Origin: Thermococcus kodakarensis KOD1
GTDB taxonomy: Archaea > Methanobacteriota_B > Thermococci > Thermococcales > Thermococcaceae
Direction of reading: 5' to 3'
DNA: 32,000 nucleotides
Assembly (NCBI RefSeq): GCF_000009965.1
Contig: NC_006624.1
Span: forward strand, 1,680,001-1,712,000
Below are positions 1-8,872 of this stretch, one piece after another; within the stretch, counting starts at the first letter, position 1; the number at the start of each line of letters is the position of its first letter. The position numbers were made by a program, and so were the translations under genes. A model generated the notes under the pieces. That model ran no database searches, had not been told where the DNA came from, and was given only the letters and a program-made list of their open reading frames with translations.

Positions 1-2
1 TA

Positions 3-602
3 GAGCTGAACGAAGATGCCAGAGTTGAGGGTGAGGTAAGGCTCTTCGGAGAGAACATCTATTCGGAGGACGTTGACCCGATAGAGGTCAGGAAGAAGGT
101 GGGGATGGTGTTCCAGTACCCGAACCCCTTCCCCCACCTGACCATATATGACAACGTTGCCATAGGCCTCAAGCTGAACGGACTCGTCAAGTCAAGGGAA
201 GAGCTCGACGAAAGGGTTGAATGGGCCCTGAAGAAGGCTGCCCTATGGGACGAGGTTAAGGACAGGCTGAACGATTATCCTGGGAACCTCTCTGGAGGAC
301 AGAGGCAGAGGCTCGTTATAGCGAGGGCTCTCGCAATGAAGCCGGAAGTCCTTCTGATGGACGAGCCCACAGCCAACATAGACCCTGTCGGAACTGCCAA
401 GATAGAGGAGCTCCTCCTGGAGCTTAAGGAGGACTACACGATAGTTCTCGTTACCCATTCTCCAGCCCAGGCGGCGAGAGTTGCTGATTACGTTGCCTTC
501 CTCTACCTCGGTGAGCTGATAGAGGTTGGGCCAGCAAGGAAGGTCTTCGAGAACCCGGAGCATGAATTAACCGAGAAGTACGTTACGGGGGCGCTTGGAT
601 GA
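3..602 (+). CDS. pstB: Phosphate ABC transporter ATP-binding protein PstB (5' end cut by window edge)
   Basis: Frame 3 is open from the window edge ([20 protein letters not shown]...[12 protein letters not shown]). ABC signature LSGGQRQR, Walker B LLMDEPT and H-loop VTHS are present. The stop overlaps the next start as ATGA at 599-602. Confidence 0.9.
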   Translation, partial: ELNEDARVEGEVRLFGENIYSEDVDPIEVRKKVGMVFQYPNPFPHLTIYDNVAIGLKLNGLVKSREELDERVEWALKKAALWDEVKDRLNDYPGNLSGGQRQRLVIARALAMKPEVLLMDEPTANIDPVGTAKIEELLLELKEDYTIVLVTHSPAQAARVADYVAFLYLGELIEVGPARKVFENPEHELTEKYVTGALG

Positions 603-1204
603 AAAGGAAAGCCCTAGAGAAGGCCCGAAATCTTTTGAGGGCAGAGGGGGATGGAGTCATAAATGGCATGAGAACCCTGACTACCGAGGTCCAAAGAAAC
701 GAGTACGGAAGAATGGAAGATCTCCTTTGGGAAGTAACCAATACGAGCGAAGAGTTGAATAACGTTTTGATAGAGATCCTTCTTAGGTATCAGCCCTTGG
801 CAAGCGAACTTCGCTTCGTAAGGTCAGCCTTCAATGCAAACTACGACTTATACAGAATGATGAGACACCTCTCGTGCATTGAGGTTCTGCTTAATCTCCA
901 TGGATCAGAGGAGCAGAGGGATCTCGTAATGGAGGCAATGGAAATCTTTCTCCCATGGGTCACCAGAGGAGTTGAGGCTCTAGTTTCAAAAAGGGAAATT
1001 CCAGTGGAAGAGCTCCCTTTCATTGAGTTCGAGTTTAACGAACTCTGGGACTCTTATGTTAGGACGGAGACCCCCTACGTTATGGGAACCTTAGTACACC
1101 TGGAGGGTTTCTTCAACCATACGAAGAACCTGCTTCGCTCGGCGGTTTATTATCTCTTAGGCTCCAAAGGGCTTGAAAAGACGCCCATACTATATATCGT
1201 ATGA
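599..1204 (+). CDS. PhoU-family protein, divergent paralogue
   Basis: 201 aa, translationally coupled to pstB. The first PhoU repeat is recognisable ([12 protein letters not shown]). The second repeat is degenerate: [12 protein letters not shown] where the next gene has HLERISDHAKEI. Confidence 0.75.
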   Translation: MKRKALEKARNLLRAEGDGVINGMRTLTTEVQRNEYGRMEDLLWEVTNTSEELNNVLIEILLRYQPLASELRFVRSAFNANYDLYRMMRHLSCIEVLLNLHGSEEQRDLVMEAMEIFLPWVTRGVEALVSKREIPVEELPFIEFEFNELWDSYVRTETPYVMGTLVHLEGFFNHTKNLLRSAVYYLLGSKGLEKTPILYIV

Positions 1205-1213
1205 GGTGATACC

Positions 1214-1807
1214 ATGAGAAAGCTCCTTGATATTGGTGAGGAACAGCTCAAAAAGCTGATAAACGAGATGGGAAACGATGCCCTCAACTCCCTGGAGAAC
1301 GCCAGGAAAAGCCTCAAAGGAGAGTTCAACTCAACAGAGGAGATATCGAGCAAGCTCCACCTTCTCAGGAACGAGGTTCTCGATATAGCGACCGAGCTCC
1401 TCGTGAGGTACTCGCCGGTTGCCAGCGACCTGCGCTTCATCCAGAGCTCGATAGATGTCTCCTACGACCTCTACAGGATTTCGCGCTACGCCATGGAGAT
1501 AGAGAGAACTGCGAAGATAGTAGGGGCAGAGGAGAGCGAACTCATCAGGGAGGGCTTTGAGCTAACTGTTGAGGCCGTTAAAACTGCAATAGAAGCCTTT
1601 GAGAACCTCGATGAAGTCTCGGCAGGAAAGCTCCTTGAGATAGATAACAGAATAGACGACCTCTACATCCAGTCGCTGGAGAACCTGAAAAGCTCGGCCT
1701 CTTCTCCGGTTGAGGCCCTCATAATGCGCCACCTGGAGAGGATAAGCGACCACGCGAAGGAAATCGGGGCGCGGGTCGTTTACGTGAAGGAAGGGAAGAG
1801 GGTGTAA
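1214..1807 (+). CDS. phoU: Phosphate uptake regulator PhoU
   Basis: 197 aa with two canonical PhoU repeats (RYSPVASDLRFI; HLERISDHAKEIG). A GAGGTGAT RBS lies 3 nt upstream of the ATG. Confidence 0.85.
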   Translation: MRKLLDIGEEQLKKLINEMGNDALNSLENARKSLKGEFNSTEEISSKLHLLRNEVLDIATELLVRYSPVASDLRFIQSSIDVSYDLYRISRYAMEIERTAKIVGAEESELIREGFELTVEAVKTAIEAFENLDEVSAGKLLEIDNRIDDLYIQSLENLKSSASSPVEALIMRHLERISDHAKEIGARVVYVKEGKRV

Positions 1808-1901
1808 AGCCAGTTTGCAAAGGGAAGATCTTCCACGCAATTTGGTAATTTTCCGTAAACTTTTTTAAGTTGTATTTCACATATTTTCTGGGGGGTGGCT
1901 T

Positions 1902-2291
1902 ATGGGGAAGGCCAGCACTGTGATTTTAACCCTGATCCTCATCCTTGCAGTAGGCCTCGGCATTAACTACGCGGTCAACCACTATGGGAGCTTCAACTAC
2001 GAGTGGAAGAGGGGCTTCACGAACTACAACACCTACAACCTTGCCGGGAACTCGGTTCTCAACGGCTACATCAAGGCAGACGGAGATGTCAGCGTTTACA
2101 TCCTCACCAAGGAGAACTTCAAAAAGATGAAGAACGGCGAGCCCTTCAGCTACTACAAGGCCTGGGAGCACGTTCGGAGCGTCGAGTTCGATGGCATTAA
2201 GATACCCGATGGAGACTACATCCTCGTCGTCAAGAACGAAGGGGAAGGAATGAGGTGGATTTCAGCGAAGATCGTAAACAAAAAGGAATAG
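1902..2291 (+). CDS. Hypothetical membrane-anchored or secreted small protein
   Basis: 129 aa with an N-terminal hydrophobic segment (VILTLILILAVGLGI). A GGGGGTGG RBS and a T/A-rich TATA-like box (~1860) lie upstream. No family recognised. Confidence 0.6.
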   Translation: MGKASTVILTLILILAVGLGINYAVNHYGSFNYEWKRGFTNYNTYNLAGNSVLNGYIKADGDVSVYILTKENFKKMKNGEPFSYYKAWEHVRSVEFDGIKIPDGDYILVVKNEGEGMRWISAKIVNKKE

Positions 2292-2969
2292 TCAGCACAG
2301 AATCGAGTCCTCAGCTAAAACGTCGAACTCTACCTTCCCTATCCCTTCTATCCACGCCTCGATGTGATCGCCGTGCCTGAGCGGGCCGACACCGGCAGGC
2401 GTTCCTGTCGCTATTATATCGCCGGGCTCGAGCGTCATCACCGAGCTTATGTACTCTATCAGCTCCGGAACTTTAAAGACCATCTGGCTCGTCCTTCCGA
2501 GCTGCCTAAGCTCGCCGTTCACCTTGAGGCCGATTTCGAGGTCTTCAACCTTTAACTCGCGCCTGTCAACGACCCTCGGCCCAACGGGGGCGAAGGTGTC
2601 GAAGCCCTTCGCTATCGTCCACGGAAGACCCTTCTTCCTCGCCTCTGCCTGGAGGTCGCGGGCGGTTATGTCGAGCATTATAGTGTAGCCCATGACGTAG
2701 TCTATTGCTTTTTCAGCCGGAACGCGCTTTGCGCGCTTCCCGATTATCACCGCCAGCTCGACCTCGTGGTCAACCCTCTTGCTCATTCTGGGAAGGATTA
2801 TCGGGTCTCCTGGGCCAATAAGGGCGCTCGGTGGCTTGAGGAAGAATATCGGCTTCTCCGGGACGTCGCTCTCCATTTCCTTTGCGTGCTCCGCGTAGTT
2901 TTTGGCCAAGGCCACTATCTTGCTCGGCCTGAGTTCGTAGTAGGTATCTCGAAAGGGGAGGCGGATCAT
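2292..2969 (-). CDS. Fumarylacetoacetate hydrolase (FAH) family protein
   Basis: 225 aa with FAH-fold motifs (HEVELAVIIGK, GYTIMLDITARD, KGFDTFAPVGP, LEPGDIIATGTPAGVG). Confidence 0.85.
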   Translation of the reverse strand: MIRLPFRDTYYELRPSKIVALAKNYAEHAKEMESDVPEKPIFFLKPPSALIGPGDPIILPRMSKRVDHEVELAVIIGKRAKRVPAEKAIDYVMGYTIMLDITARDLQAEARKKGLPWTIAKGFDTFAPVGPRVVDRRELKVEDLEIGLKVNGELRQLGRTSQMVFKVPELIEYISSVMTLEPGDIIATGTPAGVGPLRHGDHIEAWIEGIGKVEFDVLAEDSILC

Positions 2970-3041
2970 TTTGCAACACCAGTGACAATTCCCAACAAGC
3001 TAATAAAAATAGCACGCCAGAAATGAAAAAGAAGGAGAAGG

Positions 3042-4898
3042 TTAATCCACTTTAATCCAGATGTCACTAAGACGGAATTCTCTGTTCACGTTCACAATGA
3101 CTTCTTCGGGGTCAATGACGATCTTAACTGGTTTGTCCGGTAGTTCAAGGCTTACTGTGGCGGTGCCATTCACCCAGACTCTTTCGTCAACGTACTCGCC
3201 GTTTTCCATGTAGATCCTGACCGGAACCGGCATTTTGAAGTCGTTGGCATCGTTTATCGTGAATGTGAGGTTGTAAGTATCCCCTGCTTGCGTAATTTTG
3301 AGAACGGTGACGTTGTAGTCCGGCACCTCTGTTGTGTTGAACCACTCGTTGAAGAACCAGCTTAGGTCGTCTCCATAGACTTTCTCAGAGATTCTAATAA
3401 AGTCTCTGTAGTCACAGTAGGAACCGTGACATTCTTCAAGAACTGTGTGGAAGATTTGCCTAAACTTTTGATCACCCACCAAGAAGCGCAGGGAGCGCAG
3501 TATGTAGGGGCCTTTGAAGTAGCGGATGTACCATGCCTCTCGTGAGTAAAGACGTGGGTCGCTGAAATTGTCGTATTTTCCGGTTATGGTTTCGATGTAA
3601 GTGAAATTCTTAATTGACACAACTTGCTTCTCAACTTCATCCATATAGTAGTCGTAGAAATAATCCTGAGGCACTGAGCGGGAATAAGCTTCAAGCATGA
3701 GAAACTGGGTCGGGGTTTCCACAAAGAGGCCAAAGCCAGCATAATGTCCAAACCACTCATGGCCTAATTCGTGGAAGAGGTTAAGCTGATAGTTATTCAA
3801 TGTTGTGAGGAGGTCATTGTCGTATGGGAGAACGAGCGTGCCAAAGTAGTTAATGCCCCTAGCGGTGTAGCCATAGGTTTCCTGGGAAAACCTCCAGAAT
3901 AACGGGTGGAAAATGATAAAGAATCTGTCAGTCGGTCTCTCTATGCCCGTCAGGTTGCCGTACACGGAGAGAGCCAGGCTCAAGTTCGACTTAAGAGCCT
4001 CAATGCCTTCACTTGATATCGCCCACGAGGGCAGATAAACAGTGAAGTTCATGCCCCTGAGTGTGAAATCAACCCTGTCAAGGTCGGGTACTTGGACTAT
4101 GACGGTGGAGATGCTACGATGCTGTATCCGGGAATCAGGGGAGTAGACAACAGTGCTACCATTTTCGACAGTTCCATAGCAAGCTATGACGTACAGAGTC
4201 TCCTCGGGAAGCTTTGGAGTCACAACGATACGGTAACTATCGGGATTCGACGCCAAGTCCCAGAACGAGAAGTCAGTACCAATCGTTATGTTCTCCTTAA
4301 GAGAGTAGAACAGCTTCCAGTTCTTCTTGTACCTAACCTCGTATGTTGCAACGCCTTGCAGTTTTGTAAGGTTCGTTGAAACGTTTACCGCGTAGAACTC
4401 AATGCCTGAGCCATTGTTAATCTCATACCTGTACCTGTCGAGCTTAGAGAGGTTCAGTGGTACCCCTTCAATTGTTATGTTATTGATGTCAACGAACCCA
4501 TCTGGAGCAAAGTACCTGGCAATGTAGAGAGTCTTAGACGTGAAATTGAATATCGTGAACTCGTACCTGCCCCTGAAAGTTCCATCCCGATACTCAACGC
4601 TTATGTTTCCATGAACATAGTAAGGGACCTTTAAGAAATGGTTCTCCCAGAAATCGTATGCTACAGTACGATTCATCTCCCTGATTTGAGGTGTTTCTGG
4701 GTACTCAAACTCAAGAGGGGCCGATTTATGATCCTCATTCGAGGTTGAAGTTAAACTCGCTTCCGTATTACTCGTAACTGATTCTGGGGAAGACGCTGAT
4801 GGTTGTACTGAACTAGCTGTTTGATCGCTCCTATTCAAACACCCACTGACGACAACTAAAACCGCAACTAAGAGAACGACGACTGGCTTCTTCCACAA
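3042..4898 (-). CDS. Secreted lipoprotein, putative gluzincin zinc metallopeptidase (M1-like)
   Basis: 618 aa. Signal peptide ends in the lipobox-like LVVVSGC, followed by an S/T-rich linker. HEXXH motif HELGH lies at 3759-3773 with Glu residues downstream. N-X-S/T sequons are very frequent. G+C is visibly lower than in neighbouring genes. Confidence 0.7.
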   Translation of the reverse strand: MWKKPVVVLLVAVLVVVSGCLNRSDQTASSVQPSASSPESVTSNTEASLTSTSNEDHKSAPLEFEYPETPQIREMNRTVAYDFWENHFLKVPYYVHGNISVEYRDGTFRGRYEFTIFNFTSKTLYIARYFAPDGFVDINNITIEGVPLNLSKLDRYRYEINNGSGIEFYAVNVSTNLTKLQGVATYEVRYKKNWKLFYSLKENITIGTDFSFWDLASNPDSYRIVVTPKLPEETLYVIACYGTVENGSTVVYSPDSRIQHRSISTVIVQVPDLDRVDFTLRGMNFTVYLPSWAISSEGIEALKSNLSLALSVYGNLTGIERPTDRFFIIFHPLFWRFSQETYGYTARGINYFGTLVLPYDNDLLTTLNNYQLNLFHELGHEWFGHYAGFGLFVETPTQFLMLEAYSRSVPQDYFYDYYMDEVEKQVVSIKNFTYIETITGKYDNFSDPRLYSREAWYIRYFKGPYILRSLRFLVGDQKFRQIFHTVLEECHGSYCDYRDFIRISEKVYGDDLSWFFNEWFNTTEVPDYNVTVLKITQAGDTYNLTFTINDANDFKMPVPVRIYMENGEYVDERVWVNGTATVSLELPDKPVKIVIDPEEVIVNVNREFRLSDIWIKVD

Positions 4899-5008
4899 CT
4901 CAGATCCCTCCGAAGGAATCCTTGTTCTAACTTTTACAAGTCAGAAAATAAAAATGTTTTGGGAATATGAAAAACACCGAAGAGGAATAATTTGGGTAAC
5001 TTCAATTT

Positions 5009-6163
5009 TTAAGTTCTCAGCGGTTCAGGAATCGCCTTGTCCCACTGCTCCTGAGCAAGCTCGCCGGTGTACTTGAACTTCTCGACCTTCTTTTCTGCCT
5101 CCTTCCTCTTCTTCTGGTGCTCCTTGAGGAACTTCTGGACGCGCTCGATCAGCTCGCGCTTGCACTGGCCGCAGGTCAGCTCGCCAGCTTTACAGGCGCG
5201 GTAGCGCTCCATGAGCTTCTCGTCGTCGGGTTCAAAGAAGATCTCAAACCACTTGAAGACGACGCACTTCTCCGGGTTCCCGCCCTTCTCGCGCTGCTCC
5301 TTGAGCGTTGGTTGGCCGCCGGTGAGGGCGAACTTCCATATCTTCTTTCCGGCCTCCTCGGGGTCGTCCGTGAGGTAAACGGCAGTTTCGGGCTTGCTCG
5401 CGCTCATCTTGCCCTCCAAGCTGGTCAAACCTGGCACGAACTTTGAGTGTATTGCAGCAGTCTTGTAGTAGCCAAGGCTTTCGGCGAAGTCCCTCTGGAG
5501 CCTCCAATAAGGATCTTGATCTATTGCCGCCGGAATGAGACAGCGCTTCTTCTCGAAGAAGGTTGGAGCGGCCTGTATTGCTGGATAGAATATCATTCCA
5601 ATCTTGCTCTGCTCGTTGAAGCCAAAAACAGCCCTCGCCATCGAGAAGTTTATCTTCTTCGCTATCGGGAGGGCCATCTCGTAAATCTTGGTAAACTCAC
5701 TGTTCTGGAAGATGAATGTCTTGTCCGGGTCAAAGCCTACCGCTATGATATCCAGAATGTTCTCGTAAGCCCACCTCTTGGTGTCCTCAAAGCTCAGCTT
5801 CTCCTTGAAGAGGAACTTCTCGTCGTCGGTTATCTGGATGTAGAGGTTGACGTCGAAGTTCTCCTGGAGCCACTTGGTAGCGAAGAACGGGATTATGTGG
5901 CCGATGTGCATCGGGCCGCTCGGACCCCTCCCAGTGTAGAGGAAGAAGCCCCTTCCACTCTCATAATCCGCTAAAACCTTGTCGTAGTCCCTGTGGGAGA
6001 AGAAGAACCTCCTCCTGAAGAACAGAGGCAGCTCGCTCTTCGTGAGCTCTGCGGTCTTCTCTATCAGCTCGTCCGTCAGCGGGCTGGTTCCGAACTGCTC
6101 TATCAGCTTGTTGTAGTCCACGACACCCTCAACGTCCCATGGGGTAACCTTAAAGTCGTCCAT
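5009..6163 (-). CDS. trpS: Tryptophan--tRNA ligase (archaeal/eukaryal type)
   Basis: 384 aa with the class I motifs HIGH (PSGPMHIGH) and KMSAS, plus overall TrpRS-like sequence. A GGAGGTG RBS lies 5 nt upstream of the ATG. Confidence 0.95.
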   Translation of the reverse strand: MDDFKVTPWDVEGVVDYNKLIEQFGTSPLTDELIEKTAELTKSELPLFFRRRFFFSHRDYDKVLADYESGRGFFLYTGRGPSGPMHIGHIIPFFATKWLQENFDVNLYIQITDDEKFLFKEKLSFEDTKRWAYENILDIIAVGFDPDKTFIFQNSEFTKIYEMALPIAKKINFSMARAVFGFNEQSKIGMIFYPAIQAAPTFFEKKRCLIPAAIDQDPYWRLQRDFAESLGYYKTAAIHSKFVPGLTSLEGKMSASKPETAVYLTDDPEEAGKKIWKFALTGGQPTLKEQREKGGNPEKCVVFKWFEIFFEPDDEKLMERYRACKAGELTCGQCKRELIERVQKFLKEHQKKRKEAEKKVEKFKYTGELAQEQWDKAIPEPLRT

Positions 6164-6177
6164 TCAAACACCTCCGC

Positions 6178-6198
6178 TTCCAGTGGAAACCAAACTCC
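6178..6198 (+). promoter_or_regulatory. ORB-type box TTCCAGTGGAAACCAAACTCC (origin-recognition-box core without G-string) upstream of trpS
   Basis: The 21-mer is identical to the one at 25552-25572 and shares the dyad plus AAAC..AACTC extension with the ORB boxes at 31324-31674. It lies 15 nt upstream of the trpS ATG. Confidence 0.5.
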
Positions 6199-6342
6199 AG
6201 ACTAAGGCGGTGCAGAAGAGGGATTCCTCACCAAAGCCAAAAACGACCACCGAGCATGGAAGAAGAAATGGCGGAGAGATTTTAAAGTTTTTGGGTGCGA
6301 AAGTGTTTTTAGGAAAAGGGAACACATCCAATTGGTGGGAGT

Positions 6343-6519
6343 ATGGAGGTAGTTGAGGCTATTTATGAAAACGGCGTCCTCAAGCTCAAGAAAAAGCTCA
6401 ACTTACCCGACGGTACCGAGGTCAGCGTTAAGCTCATTCCCAAGAAAATATCCGAGAAGACCTTTGGAATCGTGAAGCTTGAGAAAGAGGAAGCTGACAA
6501 GCTGATCCAGGACTTATGA
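6343..6519 (+). CDS. DUF104 / AF2212-type small 'antitoxin-family' protein (58 aa, below the ORF-track cut-off)
   Basis: Own translation: MEVVEAIYENGVLKLKKKLNLPDGTEVSVKLIPKKISEKTFGIVKLEKEEADKLIQDL*. The N-terminus fits the DUF104 pattern (A.YENGVLK....L.L.EG..V.v.i). GGTGGGAG lies just upstream of the ATG. Confidence 0.7.
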   Translation: MEVVEAIYENGVLKLKKKLNLPDGTEVSVKLIPKKISEKTFGIVKLEKEEADKLIQDL

Positions 6520-6562
6520 CTTACTGAAAAAGCTTTTTTACCTGTTGCTTCTATCCGTCATC

Positions 6563-7405
6563 ATGAAAACCGAAACCGAAGGCACTCTCCTCGCTTTCCT
6601 CGTCCTCCTGGCTCTGGGCCTTGAGCCGGCCGTCATAAAGGCCAATCCCTCCAATCCAATCAGCTTCATAGCCCTGTCCGTCTTCTTCGCGGCCCTTATC
6701 CTGTGGACGGTTCTTTTGACAACTGGCAGGTTCAAGGAAATCCTGGAAAAACCCGCCGAGCTTAAGAGGACGTTCCTGACTGGCCTCTTCGCCACCGCCA
6801 TAGCTTACTCCCTCTACTCCCTCGGAACCAGCATGAGCACCGCCGTGAACTCCGCCATAATCACACGACTTGAGGTGTTCTATTCCCTCGCGATCGGCTG
6901 GCTCCTCCTCAGGGAGAGAGTGAGCGGGAGAGCATTAGCCGCTTCCCTCCTTCTCTTTGGCGGGGTCTTCCTCGTCCTCACGCAGGGAAAGGGGATAACA
7001 CCGAGGAAAGGTGACCTCCTGCTCCTCATAACGCCGCTCTTCTGGCAGCTGGGGCATGCCGTTGCCAAGTTCACAGACTACTCACCGCTGACAATAGCGA
7101 CACTCAGGAACACCTTCGGCTTTCTCCTCCTGCTTCCGTTCGCCCTCATGAGCGGAATCCAGCTCACGGGCCTTGCCGTTGCCGAAGGAGTCATAATAGC
7201 CGCAACCCAGGCCCTCTGGTACGCTTCAATCTCGAGGATAAACCTCTCGAAGGCTACCGCAATACTCACTCCGGCCCCGGCAGTCACGATAGCCGTGGCC
7301 ATAGCCTTCCTTGGGGAGAAGGTGGGGGTTTACCATCTGCTCGGCTTCCTTCTTGTGACAATCGGAACGCTCCTGATAGCCTTTGAAGAAAGCGGGACGA
7401 GGTAG
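6563..7405 (+). CDS. EamA/DMT-family transporter
   Basis: About 280 aa and polytopic (about 10 hydrophobic segments), with the duplicated EamA-like architecture. ATG at 6563 is preferred over the TTG at 6545 used by the ORF track. Confidence 0.8.
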   Translation: MKTETEGTLLAFLVLLALGLEPAVIKANPSNPISFIALSVFFAALILWTVLLTTGRFKEILEKPAELKRTFLTGLFATAIAYSLYSLGTSMSTAVNSAIITRLEVFYSLAIGWLLLRERVSGRALAASLLLFGGVFLVLTQGKGITPRKGDLLLLITPLFWQLGHAVAKFTDYSPLTIATLRNTFGFLLLLPFALMSGIQLTGLAVAEGVIIAATQALWYASISRINLSKATAILTPAPAVTIAVAIAFLGEKVGVYHLLGFLLVTIGTLLIAFEESGTR

Positions 7406-8773
7406 TCAGGTTGATGTTTCGAAGTCCCCCAGGTCCCAGACCAGCCAACAATCTTCTCTAAGCCCCTCTTTTCCCTCGACGCTTTTAGCAATCAGTCCAT
7501 AGTGCTTTTCCCAACCCTCGAGACTTACAAGTTCCACCTTCCTCTCCAAGTCCTTCAAAATCCCCCTCACTTCCCTCTCGCTCAAATCCTTCCACTTGAC
7601 CTCAACGAACAGAGCCTTCTTCTCACGCTCGTTCAAGGCCACTAGGTCAATTTCCTCACCCTTACGCCACCACTTTCCAATCTTGGTGAACCTAAATGGA
7701 AGCCTCCCCGCTTTGTTCATCTCCCTGAGGAAGTCCGCGCTGACCTTTTCAAAGACGAAGCCGAGATAGCGGTTGTATTCCTCTTCAAAGTTCTCGATGT
7801 AGCCAAAGTCGAGGAGCTGTGAGCGGTTGGGGTAGATGAAGCGGAACCAGAAGTTGAAGTAGAGGTCGCTCAGGTAGTAGCGCGCGTTCCTCTTCCGCTC
7901 TGGCTCGCCTACAGGATGCCTCTCCTCTACTATGTGGAGAGTCTGCAGGTTGCTGAGGTACTTTGAGACGGTTGAGCCTGGAAGCCCGGTGAAGCTCACT
8001 ATCTCCCCGAACTTCGTCTTTCCGAAGGCTATGGCCTTGAGTATCGCGAAGTACCTGGCGGGTTCTCTCAGCTCGCTCCTGAGGAGGAACTCCGCCTCGT
8101 CGAAGAGCGGCTTGTTGGGCTGGAAGACTTCCTCAAGGCTTTCCCCAGCATTCAGCCGGAACTGGACTTCCCTGAGGTAGGCCGGAATCCCGTCGGTTAT
8201 CCCGTATATCCTCACGAGCTCCTCCCAGCTTTTCTCTGGGAAGAAATCCCTCAGGTGGAGAAAGCTCAGGGGCTTAAGCATTATGGACAGCGTCCTCCTC
8301 CCGTAGAGGGGGCTTTTGTAGCCGAGGACGTGGCTCTCCATCACGCTGATGGCAGAGCCCGTCAGGACGAGCTTGAGCCCCTTGGCCGAGTCCCATATCT
8401 TCTGGAACTTTGAAACCAGCCCCCTGTTGGCCTTCAAAAGGTTCGGGAACTCATCTATTATCACGACAACTCCAGAACCGTCGAGGAGTTCGAAAAGCTC
8501 CTCCCACGAGAGCTCGGCCTTCTCAACCAGAGGGTTCCCAAGGGCCTTTGCGACTAAGCTCTTGAACGTCCTGAGGTTTTCGCTCTCGAGGGTCTCCTCC
8601 GCGAAGAAGTAGATGTGGGGAATATCTTCCACCGACTTCTTAACGAGTGCAGTCTTTCCAACCCTTCTCCTACCGTAAACGATTATCAGCTCTTTCCGGT
8701 TACTCTCATAGGCTCCCCTGAGGGCTTTCAGCTCTTCAGCCCTATTAACAAATTGTTCACTCATGATTATCAT
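7406..8773 (-). CDS. Archaeal ATPase (Arch_ATPase/AAA+ fold) with wHTH and C-terminal DUF234 PD-(D/E)xK-like domain
   Basis: 455 aa. Walker A is GRRRVGKT and Walker B is VVVIIDEF. HTH-like segment: FGEIVSFTGLPGSTVSKYLSNL. Nuclease-like C-terminal motif: EIDLVAL...ALFVEVKWK. A TATA-like GCTTAAATAG lies ~27 nt upstream of the ATG, suggesting a near-leaderless transcript. Confidence 0.85.
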   Translation of the reverse strand: MIIMSEQFVNRAEELKALRGAYESNRKELIIVYGRRRVGKTALVKKSVEDIPHIYFFAEETLESENLRTFKSLVAKALGNPLVEKAELSWEELFELLDGSGVVVIIDEFPNLLKANRGLVSKFQKIWDSAKGLKLVLTGSAISVMESHVLGYKSPLYGRRTLSIMLKPLSFLHLRDFFPEKSWEELVRIYGITDGIPAYLREVQFRLNAGESLEEVFQPNKPLFDEAEFLLRSELREPARYFAILKAIAFGKTKFGEIVSFTGLPGSTVSKYLSNLQTLHIVEERHPVGEPERKRNARYYLSDLYFNFWFRFIYPNRSQLLDFGYIENFEEEYNRYLGFVFEKVSADFLREMNKAGRLPFRFTKIGKWWRKGEEIDLVALNEREKKALFVEVKWKDLSEREVRGILKDLERKVELVSLEGWEKHYGLIAKSVEGKEGLREDCWLVWDLGDFETST

Positions 8774-8872
8774 AATTTAGTGTGAACTATTTAAGCCTTT
8801 ACATGATTCGAAAAAGACAAGCTAAATGCTCAAGCTTAAATTTCCCCGTTAGAATTGGGGAGAGGTGATGCC

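Noticed and set aside
1037-1050. AACGAACTCTGGGA, 28 nt downstream of the 999-1009 dyad, resembling the ORB extension
   Set aside because: It is not contiguous with the dyad, whereas in true ORBs the extension follows within 3-5 nt. I treat it as coincidence within the phoU-like coding region.
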